From the NCBI GenBank assembly GCA_025558095.1, contig JAIVFI010000032.1, positions 372,001 to 436,000 of the forward strand: 64,000 nt of DNA, given 5' to 3'. The notes beneath the pieces were generated by a model. It was not told the origin of the DNA and did not search any database. It saw nothing but the letters and a program-made list of their open reading frames with translations. Source of the DNA: Hyaloraphidium curvatum SAG 235-1 (lineage: Eukaryota > Fungi > Monoblepharomycota). Below are positions 26,238 to 35,727 of the stretch, one piece after another. Position 1 is the first letter of the stretch. Every line of letters begins with the position of its first letter. A program made the position numbers and the translations under genes.

Positions 26238-28622
26238 ATGGCGGCGGTCGGGAACCCGCCGTGGCTCGCGCAGTCGGATTCGGGGCGGGGCGGAGGAGGC
26301 GGCGGGGGCGGCGGGCCGCAACAGCACTTCCAGCGTGCGGGGCCGTCGTACGTCCAGACGGCGAGCGGCGCGACGGTGCCGCCGTGGCAGCGCGGCCTCG
26401 CAAACGTCAGTGGTGGTGGTGGTGGCGGCTTTCAGCGTGAGCCGGGACAGTACAACGCGTCGACGGCGCTCGCGATCTACGATGGTGGGCGGCACGGACC
26501 ATCCCAGCGAACGCGTCTCACGGGCGCGTCCAGAGTACCGCCAGTCGGGCAAAAAGCAGCGCAAGGCGATCCAGCGGAGGACGGTCGACTACTACGCCCC
26601 GATGATGCGGTGGAACGAGAAGAAGCACGTGCTGCGCGAGGGAGAAAGGGCGGACCTGGTCACCATGCAGCCGGACCCGAACTTCGTCTCCGACGTGAGT
26701 GCTCGCTCTCTTCAATTGCTACGCGTGGACTCAATGTCTTCTCTTTGTCAGCTCCTGCCTCCTTTTGTCTACAAGTCGCAACCCATTACCTCCGTCACCG
26801 CCAAGTTCATTCATACCAGCATCAACAAGAACCGCTGCCCGATCAACGCGTGTCGCTGGTTCCCCGACGGTCGCCGCCTGATTACGGGGGCCCACTCGGG
26901 CGAGTTCACGCTGTGGAACGGCTTCACCTTCAACTTCGAGAACATCCAGCAGGCTCACGACTCGGCGGTCCGTGCCTTGACCTGGACTCCCTCAGACAAC
27001 TTCCTCGTTTCGGCGGACGATAAGGGCTGGATCAAATACTGGCAGCCATCTTTGACCAACGTCAAGGTTTACCAGGGCCATAAGGAGGCGATCCGCGGGC
27101 TGAGCTTCAGTCCCAGCGACGCGAAGTTTGCCACATGCTCCGACGACGGCCTGCTCAAGGTGTGGGACTTTGTGCGCGCCACGGAGGAGCGCGCTCTTTC
27201 GGGGCACGGATGGGACGTCAAGTGCGTAGATTGGAACCCGTCCAAGGCGCTGCTGGCTTCCGGCAGCAAGGACAACCTTGTCAAGCTGTGGGACCCTAAG
27301 AGCGGCAAGGCCTTGGCGACGCTGCACGGGCACAAAAATACCATCCTCGCGCTTGCCTTCAACCAGAACGGGAACTGGCTGGCTACCGCCTCCAGGGACT
27401 CTCTCGTGCGCGTGTTCGACATCCGCACCCTGAAGGACTTCCAGAACTTCCGCGGGCACAAAAAGGAAGTGACCACGCTCAAATGGCACCCTTTTCACGA
27501 GCGGCAGGTTGCATCGGGTGGCTCGGACGGGTCGCTGATGTTCTGGGAGGTCGAGGGCGGGGAGGCGCCCATCGCCAGCGTGGAAGGGGCGCACGAGAGC
27601 CAGATCTGGGAGTTGGACTTCCATCCCATGGGGCATCTGATGGCGACGGCGAGCAACGACGTCACGACGCGGTTTTGGGGCCGCAACCGGCCCGGGGACG
27701 GGATGCCCGAGATCTTCTTGAAGGGCTACGAGCGTGGAAAGAAGACCATGGTTCTCGCCCACGAAGAGGGCTACGAGGGTAGGTTTCTGATTTTGATCCG
27801 CCTCCAGTCTCGTTCTAAACGATTGGTTCCGCAGACGACCATGAGCACCGACCTCCGAGTCTCGACAACCGCAACGCGAACCCCTTTGCCAGTGCCTCTG
27901 CGGCGGCTACCGCTCTCCCCGGGTTTGGCGGCGGTGCCCCGTCAAACCCATCTCCTCTTCCTCTTCCTGGTCTCCAAGGCGGTCCCCCGCCGAACCGCGA
28001 TCGGGATTTGGGTCCTGGCCGCGAGACGGGTCGAGACGTGGGCCGCGGTCGGGACAGGGACCGACGCTCTCCATCCCCGGGGCGACGGCCGCCAACGAAT
28101 CGGCCGAACCCGAACCGCGGCGGACGGGGAAGCGGACGCAACGTTGACCCTGGCTCCGATTCCGACAGATCGCGTTCGCGCTCGCCGCCCAGGCGGCTTC
28201 TGCGAAGGGACAGGAGTCGAAGCCGCTCCCGGTCGCGCTCCCCTCCGCGTCGGTTCGCACGGCGGGACCGCAGTCGCAGCCGAAGCCGCGATCGTCGACC
28301 GCCTCCCCCGTCGGGAGGCGGTTCCGTCACCGCGTACCCTTCCGCGCAGCCCCAGGCCTACCCGAGCGGTGGCGCCCCGCAGGCATACCCCGGCGGAGCC
28401 CCGCAGGCGTATCCCAGCGCAGGTGCACCGCAGGCGTACGGCGGTGCCCAGGCCTACCCCTCGCAGCCTCTGCCCGCCATTCCTCCGGAGCTACAGAACC
28501 TCACGCCGCAGCAAGTGCAGGCGCTGCTGGCTTCGGGAGCGGACCCGGCGCAGGTGGCAGCGCTGCTGCAGTATCAGCAAATGATGCAGGCGCAGCAGGG
28601 TGGACAGCTGTATCCGAGGTGA
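26238..28622 (+). CDS. PFS2: Pre-mRNA 3'-end processing WD40 protein WDR33/Pfs2/FY
   Basis: RRTVDY, KFIHTSINK, GRRLITGAHSGEFTLWNGFTFNFENIQQAHD, GHGWDVKCVDW, SKDNLVKLWDP and TTRFWGRNRPG. RS-rich and QAYP-repeat tail. About 3 introns. Confidence 0.92.
28330..28465 (+). repeat. Coding tandem repeat (P)QAYP(S)GGA in the WDR33 tail
   Basis: AYPSAQPQAYPSGGAPQAYPGGAPQAYPSAGAPQAYGGAQAYPSQP in ORF 28008..28622. Confidence 0.7.
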
Positions 28623-28767
28623 CCCGGGGAATGGACCACGATACCCACCTCTTTTGCTCGATTTGCTCCCTTACATCCGAGGCTTGGTGGAAACGGCGAT
28701 GGCTTTGAGCTGTAGTTGCTTTGCCCGTTTCTGTAGAGGAGTTTGTCAATGATTGGGAGTCACCGCA

Positions 28768-29969
28768 CTAGTCCGCTTGTCCCACCAAAATCTCCACGAA
28801 GTCCTTCGTCGACGGGAGATCATGTCTTGGCTCCGCAGCGTTCATCGCCTTCTGCGGCAGTGGAGGATACTCGATCTCCACTTTCCTCTTCGCCGCCTCT
28901 TTTGCGGCCGCCTTTACCGAGGGCCTGCGGGGCTGAGCCGAACGCTGCTTCAGCTCAAGCAGCTCGCGGGTCATCTCGGCCAGCCGCGTGGAAAAAAGAT
29001 GGTTTTCAATGCGAAGCTGGTCGAAGTCCACCGCCCGAACCGATTCACCCGTGCTCTCGCGGAACGAAAGCCTGGCAGCCAGCTTGCGGGCGTGAGATTG
29101 CAACGATGCGTTCTGCAGCTGCAGCAAGGACAGCGTGGCGTCCTGCAAAAGGTCGCATTTCGTTCATAGACGACCGGAAAGGTTCCAATCCGGCCCACCT
29201 TGGCGCGCAAACTCTGTTCCCATTGCTTGGCGATTGCCTCGTTCCTCACCCTGCCGGTGCGGGGATCCTTTTCTGCGTCCGCCTTGACCACCTCCCGTAT
29301 CTCCCGTTCCAGGTCCGTAATGTATGCCCGTAGCGAGTCACCGCGAGCGCGAAGCTCGTCCTCCTCGGCTTCCCGGGCGGCCCGTTCGGACTCCACGAGG
29401 TCACGGAGCTCCTCCGTCTCGCGGACCACGAGCTGGTACCTTTGCGCGAGGGTCAGGTGAGCAGCCGAGGGCGTTGACGAGAGAAATTCGAGGAGGGAAG
29501 AAGTCGTAGAGGGAAACGGTATGGTGGGCTCGGGAATGGGATCCGCAGCCGAGAAGCTGTCGGGAAAGAGGCCTTCGCGAAGCAGGTAGGATCGCATGAC
29601 CCAGAGCTCCAAGTTCTGAATGGCAGCTTTCGCTTCCGCGTCCGGGTCGTCCGCTACCTCTTCTCCTGGTTCGCTCGGCGCGTCGGCCATTTCGAGCCGT
29701 ATAGACGGCAGAGGATCTGGCTCTTGCGGCGGATCTGGGCCGCCATCGAGGTCATGTGCGACATCAATAGAAAGATTATCCAGCGTGAGAGAAGCATCTT
29801 TGGGGCCATCCTCGACGGGGTCGTCTCGTGGAGCTTCGGATGCTGGCGGGACCTCCACTTCTGGCGGACCCCGGCTCGGTCCCTCTCCCGCAGAAGAATC
29901 GCCCAGTGGAGCTCCCACAACGTCGAGCACGTTGGAGCTTTCTTCCAATGGGTGGGCGGGTTCCTCCAT
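28768..29969 (-). CDS. CCDC113/CFAP263-like coiled-coil protein (cilium-associated family), divergent
   Basis: LTLAQRYQLVVRETEEL, DPRTGRVRNE, an intron at ~29144-29199, then LQLQNASL..ESTGESVRAVDFDQLRIEN (cf. CCDC113 DFxQLxIEN). Confidence 0.65.
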
Positions 29970-30079
29970 GGCGGGGGCAGGGCTCCGAATTGCAGGACGG
30001 CACGGGGGACAGTGAACAACCAAACAGTGTTCGCGGCCGGCCGCGGACGGAGGCTCCCTTGGATAGCGGACGAGCGTCG

Positions 30080-31606
30080 ATGGAGGCTCCCCGCCCAGCG
30101 GCTCCTTCAGAGTCTTTCGTCCGCCTGCCTGCGCGGTTCGCTCTCGAGGGAGTACGCGCAACGGACGGCCTCGTGTCCGCTGCCCGTTTCTATGTTGAGG
30201 CAGCGCTGCAGTTCGCCACCACTCGTTCAGGAATCTTTGATTTCCCCACGGTAGACTTTTTCCTGCGTCAGCCGCACTTTGGGAGCGAAGGAGGGCCGCC
30301 CGCGGAGTGGGCGGTCCTGGGAGGCGAGACGACCGCTGGACTCGCGGCACTTGCTTCGGGGCAAGGCAATGAAGGGACACGCTCTGAGTGGCCGGCCTCG
30401 CTCAAAAGCTTCATCGAGGACTGTCGCGAACTTTCCCTGCCGAAGCGCTTGCCGGATAGGAAGCTCTTCGGCCGGACCGAGCTACCTCCGTGGGAAGCGA
30501 ACAGAGAGCTTTTCCGCGGCATGTCGGCAAAGAAGCGCCGGGAATGCGAGTTGCTAGCGCCACTCGTCGCCTCGGAAGCGGCGGGCAAGGTTGTCGTGGA
30601 CCTCGGTTGCGGACAGGGTTACCTGACCTCCGTCCTGGCATTCGGGTACGGGATGGAGGCCATCGGGATCGACGGACAGGCGGTGCAGAAGGAGGGCGCC
30701 GACAGGAGGGCTGGCAGGCTGTCGAAAGACGGCAATGGGCGAGCCAGATTCTTCAGGAGGACGGTGTCGAGCGCCGACGAGCTCGAGAGCCTGCTGGAAG
30801 AGTGCGGCGAGGACGGTGTGGACGGACGGAAATGCTGCATCGTCGGGCTGCACACATGCGGCGACCTGGCGCCGACGGTGCTCAAGCTTTTCAAGTCCTC
30901 GTCGGCGGAATCGTGCGTTTTTGTCGGCTGCTGCTACAACCTCCTCACCCGGCACGGCTTTCCGATGTCGGACTTTGTGCGCGAGCTGGACCGCAAGCTC
31001 GCCGGTGTGACCTACAACGCCATGCAGGTCGCGTGCCAGAACGCGGACGGCTGGCAGGAAGGGCAGGAAGCCGAGCTCGACATGGTGTTTAACAGGCTTT
31101 TCTTCAGGGCGGTCCTCCAGGTTCTCCTGGTGGAAAACGATTTGATTTGCAGCGCGTTCAACCCCCGCTGCGATTTCGCTTCACCCGGGGCAGCGGACGG
31201 AGCGGATACCCTCTCGCCCATACCTTCCCGCAACTGTGTCGCTCACCCCTCCCGCACGATGGCCCTCGGCCGCTTCCGCTCGCAGTCGAGCTTCTCCTCC
31301 TTCAACGCCTACGTTGAAACGGCCCTCAAACGGCTGGGCCATGCGGGCACCCTATCTGCGGACTCGATCGCCTCCGCCCTCGCCCGCTTCCAAGGCCGGA
31401 GGGGCGAGCTGGCTGCCGCGTGGACGCTCCGCACGATGATGGCGGGCGCGATCGAGGGCATCGTGCTCATCGATCGATGGCTGTGGTGCGCCGAAATGGG
31501 GATAGCGTGCCGATGCGGACCGGGCTGGGAGCCGGGGGAAAGCCCTCGGAACTGGGTATACGTGTGCAGGAAAACAGCTCAACCTGCGTCATGTCATCTG
31601 GAATGA
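30080..31606 (+). CDS. METTL25/RRNAD1-like methyltransferase
   Basis: MSAKKRRECE, VVDLGCGQGYL (SAM motif), IVGLHTCGDLAP, VGCCYNLL, IEGIVLIDR and SPRN. Confidence 0.85.
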   Translation: MEAPRPAAPSESFVRLPARFALEGVRATDGLVSAARFYVEAALQFATTRSGIFDFPTVDFFLRQPHFGSEGGPPAEWAVLGGETTAGLAALASGQGNEGTRSEWPASLKSFIEDCRELSLPKRLPDRKLFGRTELPPWEANRELFRGMSAKKRRECELLAPLVASEAAGKVVVDLGCGQGYLTSVLAFGYGMEAIGIDGQAVQKEGADRRAGRLSKDGNGRARFFRRTVSSADELESLLEECGEDGVDGRKCCIVGLHTCGDLAPTVLKLFKSSSAESCVFVGCCYNLLTRHGFPMSDFVRELDRKLAGVTYNAMQVACQNADGWQEGQEAELDMVFNRLFFRAVLQVLLVENDLICSAFNPRCDFASPGAADGADTLSPIPSRNCVAHPSRTMALGRFRSQSSFSSFNAYVETALKRLGHAGTLSADSIASALARFQGRRGELAAAWTLRTMMAGAIEGIVLIDRWLWCAEMGIACRCGPGWEPGESPRNWVYVCRKTAQPASCHLE

Positions 31607-31752
31607 AATGCTTTGTCTGTGCGAAGATCCGAGGTGGAATCACCTCGGCTGCGATCGGGGTTTGATCGCCGGTCGCCCATCACGCGCCGTGGCGCGGCGG
31701 AAGATTTGACGCGCGCATCTCCGCACCCCATTTGCAGCGACTGCTCGACGCC

Positions 31753-32937
31753 ATGTCCCGTACGCCTGTCACCATTGCAATTTCCGCTGCCGTAGCAGCG
31801 CTATCCGCGTACGCTGCGTGGCGCCTGCTCGGGGGACGCCGCTCGTCCCCCGCGGACCTCTTTGCGGAGGTCCGCTCGTACGAGGGCGACCCGCGCTCGC
31901 GCGAGCAGGAGGTTGTCGTACACCAGATCAGCGGCCGTCCGCAAAGGGCGTCGATGGGCCTCATCCCGTTGGACTTGGGGGACTGGGTCCGTATCGACGG
32001 CGCATACGCCGCCCGCATCCAGGAGCGAAAGGAGCTGCTCCAGCTCGCCTACGCCAACGTCGTCATGAAGCAGAAGGGTTCTGACGAAGCCGTGCGCGAG
32101 CTGTGGGCGCTGTTGTGCAGGTTCCTCGTCCTCAGATATCCCGCGCTATTCGAGCGCATCAATGGCGGCAGGGGCATGCTCAACAAGGCCACGGGCGACT
32201 CGTGGGAGGACATTGACAAGGTCGACGATCCCCTGGCAGCAATGTTGGTGACAGTGCCCGACGATTTCTTCGTCTTGATCAGGCACGAAGACACGGGCCG
32301 CTACCACTTTGACGCCGCGAGCGTGACGTACGCAATCCCCCCGCAAATGGTGCGCGAGCGGGCCGGCATGTCGATGGATGGCGTACACGGTCCGGTGCCG
32401 GGGTTCAAGCGTCGTGTGCTGGCCCCCGTGGACAAGTGGTTCTCTGTGTTCGCCCGGCCGGCCTTCCGTGCCAACTGGAACCTCACTGACTCCGGGGACT
32501 ACACCCGCCCGCACGCCGTCATCAGCAACGAGCTGGCTCATCCCGCTGGCCCTCCGCCCGCGGACCTTGCGGACCTCAACGCCTTGCGGTTTACGGACGG
32601 CACATCTGACTCGGTGGATTTCGAAAGGATCCACTTCCGCATCGAGAAGCAGAGCTTCATCCGACTGCCGCGCACGGGTGCCATCGTGTTTGCCGTGCGC
32701 ACGCACATCTACCACCTCCCCTGGCTCCTGGAAAAGACGGCGGAGATCGAGAAGGGGAAGCAGGCCGGAGAGGATGATCCGCCGCCGTTCGCGAGAAGGC
32801 TGTACTCGGCGACGTGCAGGATGCACGAAGAACCGGGAGTGGTGGAGTACCGGTCTGCTGGGCCACTGAATGCGGCGGTACGGAAGTGGATGGAGGACAA
32901 CATGGGGATGGGCGAGAAGGACCTCGTGCCGGGGTAG
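31753..32937 (+). CDS. DUF3445 / heme-dependent oxidative N-demethylase alpha-like protein
   Basis: N-terminal TM, SMGLIPLDLGDWVRIDGAYAARIQERKELL, HGPVPGF, FRANW and RIEKQSFIRLPRTGAIVFAVRTH. Confidence 0.8.
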   Translation: MSRTPVTIAISAAVAALSAYAAWRLLGGRRSSPADLFAEVRSYEGDPRSREQEVVVHQISGRPQRASMGLIPLDLGDWVRIDGAYAARIQERKELLQLAYANVVMKQKGSDEAVRELWALLCRFLVLRYPALFERINGGRGMLNKATGDSWEDIDKVDDPLAAMLVTVPDDFFVLIRHEDTGRYHFDAASVTYAIPPQMVRERAGMSMDGVHGPVPGFKRRVLAPVDKWFSVFARPAFRANWNLTDSGDYTRPHAVISNELAHPAGPPPADLADLNALRFTDGTSDSVDFERIHFRIEKQSFIRLPRTGAIVFAVRTHIYHLPWLLEKTAEIEKGKQAGEDDPPPFARRLYSATCRMHEEPGVVEYRSAGPLNAAVRKWMEDNMGMGEKDLVPG

Positions 32938-33071
32938 GACTGGTACATCTTGACGTCTTCTTTCATCGTATTAGCCCTCGTCAATGGACATGATTTGATT
33001 CGGCAGGGCGGATGAACCCTCTCGATCATCGGGTCCGACTGTCAATCGCGTCGCAAACACCCGCCGCCCAA

Positions 33072-34045
33072 ATGGACGCGAATCGCGAAGTTCGCCAGCG
33101 CCGGGCTGCGAATTCCGCGAAGGCCCCCGCCGCGGACGCGCCACCGGCTACCCCGGCCGCTCCGGCCCCCGCCCGTGTATTGCGGCTTCGGCTCGCGGTC
33201 ATCCTGCTGCTCCCGCTCGCGCTCCTCGCGGCCCCGTTCTTCCTCCCTTCGACCGACGCGCCCGAAGCGCAGGCCACATTTTTCCTTCCGCAAGGTGCTC
33301 GCCCCGCTCTCCAAGCTCGCCCGCACCGTGCCTTCGACCGCCCGGGCCACGGTCTTTCCTCCCGTCCGCTTCCCCCGTTCACCTCTTCATCGCCCTACGC
33401 GCCCTCTTTCCAGCCCAAACTGGTCATATCCCTCCTCGACGCCCTAGGCATCCGCACCGCCATCGTCGTCGGCAACTCGGCTGGCGGATCCGTCGCCCTC
33501 GCACGGCCCTCGCGTCGGACCGCATCCTCGGAGCCGTCTCAGCGAATTCGGACTGGATCACGCGCGGGTCGATGCCCGCCCCCGAGCTGGCGTGGCTGTG
33601 GCGCACGCCGTGGATGCGGAGGCTTGGGGGCTGGGGTTTCGGGAAGCTACTTGGGCCCGGGAACGCAGAGGCGCTTCTCGAGCTCGGGTGGCACGATCGG
33701 AAGCGGTTCACAGAAGAGGAGATGGAGGCGTCGGGGAGGTACTACAAGGTCCGGAACCTTGGGCGGGCGCTGTGGGAGTATGCTGCGGCGGGAGAGCCAA
33801 ACGAGCTTCCCGAGCGGGTCGGAGAGCTCAAGGTCCCCCTGCTCGTCATCACGGGGGCGAACGACAAGATCGTGCCGCCCGGAGACAGCGCAGAGCTCGC
33901 AAAGAGCGTGCCGCAGGGGACCGAGGTGATTGTGGACGAGTGCGGGCACCTGCCACAGGAGGAACAGCCGGAAGCCTTCATCAAGGCAATTTCTGAGTTC
34001 TACGAGACCATCAGGGAAAGAAAGGGGAGTCGGGATGCTGTCTGA
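33072..34045 (+). pseudogene. Membrane-anchored alpha/beta hydrolase, frameshifted (pseudogene or sequence error)
   Basis: AFDRPGHGLS, VVGNSAGG, VPLLVITGANDKIVP and CGHLPQEEQP are split over different frames, with shifts near 33280, 33330 and 33502. No HGF oxyanion segment is visible. Confidence 0.65.
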
Positions 34046-34560
34046 AGACGATAGGACATTGTGCTGCATTATTGGGGATGTGGTCCAATAGATCCTGTTA
34101 CTATAATGCGAAGCGGCGTACGTCATGCAGTGACTCCGTAGTTCCCTCTCGCTCTTCCGAAAGGCCGGGGTGCCGGGACGGGAGCGAGTACTCGGATTCA
34201 GTGCCTCCTGTACCTTTGGAACCTTGAAGTCGCCCGACCTTCTTTTGAACCTGTCCTTCACTGTCCCTCGTTGGGCTGTGTTTCTGTGGCAAATGCACGG
34301 CGGGATCTCCGGGACCGGCCACTCGCACTTACCCGCCGATCGGATCCCATCACCCAGGGTCCGTGGGCGTATTATTCTCGGAAGCGGTTCGATTGCTTCG
34401 ACCGACCGCCGAGGATGCGCTGCGGTCGCATCTGGGTTGCTTGAAGTGTCCTTCCCGGATGACTCCAAACAGGGGACGGCCATCCGAACCTCGTCCCCTG
34501 TTCTTCAAAACACTACTAACTCCCTCCGACACACCGCCCCCTTATCACGCTCGCCGAGAC

Positions 34561-34743
34561 ATGGCCCGCGCTATGCTCGCTCTCTGCCTCGTGCTGGCGC
34601 TGCTCGCCGTCGCAGCGCCTACCCTGGCCGCCCCCGGCAGCGCCCGCGCCGTCTTCAAGCGCTCGTGCGGAGACTGCGGTCCGCAGGAGTTCTGGTGGGC
34701 TGTCGCGCGTCCCCAGGCAGCAGGTTGGCCATCTGCTTCGTGA
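34561..34743 (+). pseudogene. Truncated first exon of a secreted 'KR-SCGDC' protein
   Basis: MARAMLALCLVLALLAVAAPTLA signal peptide, VFKRSCGDC, and a GTGGGC donor at 34695 with no recognisable downstream exon. Resembles the N-terminus of the 54288..55797 gene. Confidence 0.5.
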
Positions 34744-35524
34744 TGAATGCCGCGGCCCTCTCCGGGCTGATCCTGTATATCGCGTCCATGAACTTTGCGT
34801 CCTGCCCCACCAAAATCCTCAGCCTGTTGGCCTCGATGCCGTCCAGGATGATCTTGGCGGCGTCGGCCGCCGACGTCAGCTTGTACTCCCGCTGCTTCTT
34901 CCCCGCCTCGGGCTCGACTTTGGGCGCATCAACGCCCGAGTTGGCGGTGATGTCGGTGGCGATGGCCCCCGGGAACACAACGCTGACGCCGACGTTGGTG
35001 CCCTTGAGCTCGCATGCCAGCGCCTCGGTGAACAGCTTCACGCCGGCTTTTGCACTCCCGTAGGCTGACTGACCCGGAACAGGTAGGAATCCGCCCATAC
35101 TGCTCACGCAGGCGATGTGTGCCTCGGGGCGGGCGAGGAGCACGGGGAGGAAGGCCTTTGTCAGCCTTATCGTCCCGAACAGGTTGACTTCCATGACCCT
35201 GTCGATCGTCTCCATAGGCAGGTCCGCTATGCGGACGAAAGGTTGTATGACGCCAGCGTTGTTCACGAGCCCGTCGGCTTCGCGGCCGAACCTCTCCGCG
35301 ATGCGGGCGGGGGCGGCGGCGGCACCTGCGCGGTCCGCGACGTCCAGCTCGAACGTCTGCAAGCGGTCCCCCGCGTCGGCCAGCTCCGCGGTTTTCGAGA
35401 GCAGCGCCGGGTTGCGGTCCAGCGCCGCCACCGCCGCGCCCCTCGCAAGCGCACCGAGCGCGAGCTGCCGCCCGATCCCGGAACCGGCGCCCGTGATAAC
35501 GACCAGCTTGTTGAGGAGCTTCAT
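34655..35524 (-). CDS. Short-chain dehydrogenase/reductase, bacterial-like, intronless
   Basis: MKLLNKLVVITGAGSGIG, LVNNAG, VSSMGG, YGSAK (YxxxK) and VFPGAIAT. Confidence 0.9.
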   Translation of the reverse strand: MKLLNKLVVITGAGSGIGRQLALGALARGAAVAALDRNPALLSKTAELADAGDRLQTFELDVADRAGAAAAPARIAERFGREADGLVNNAGVIQPFVRIADLPMETIDRVMEVNLFGTIRLTKAFLPVLLARPEAHIACVSSMGGFLPVPGQSAYGSAKAGVKLFTEALACELKGTNVGVSVVFPGAIATDITANSGVDAPKVEPEAGKKQREYKLTSAADAAKIILDGIEANRLRILVGQDAKFMDAIYRISPERAAAFITKQMANLLPGDARQPTRTPADRSLRTSA

Positions 35525-35727
35525 TTCGGGGCGTTGAAGCCCGGGCAAGCGGTTTCTGAGGGCGTTGACGCTCGTTGGCGTTTCTTCCGCTGTTTAGCCT
35601 CGCCGGTTGAGCGGGACGCCCTTCGAAACTCCGCCTTCAGCCTAATCGTTTATACGGGCCTTCCGGACGGTTCGGGCGGTACTGGCAAGCGACGACGTCG
35701 TAATACTCCCGGTTTACTTTCCATCCC

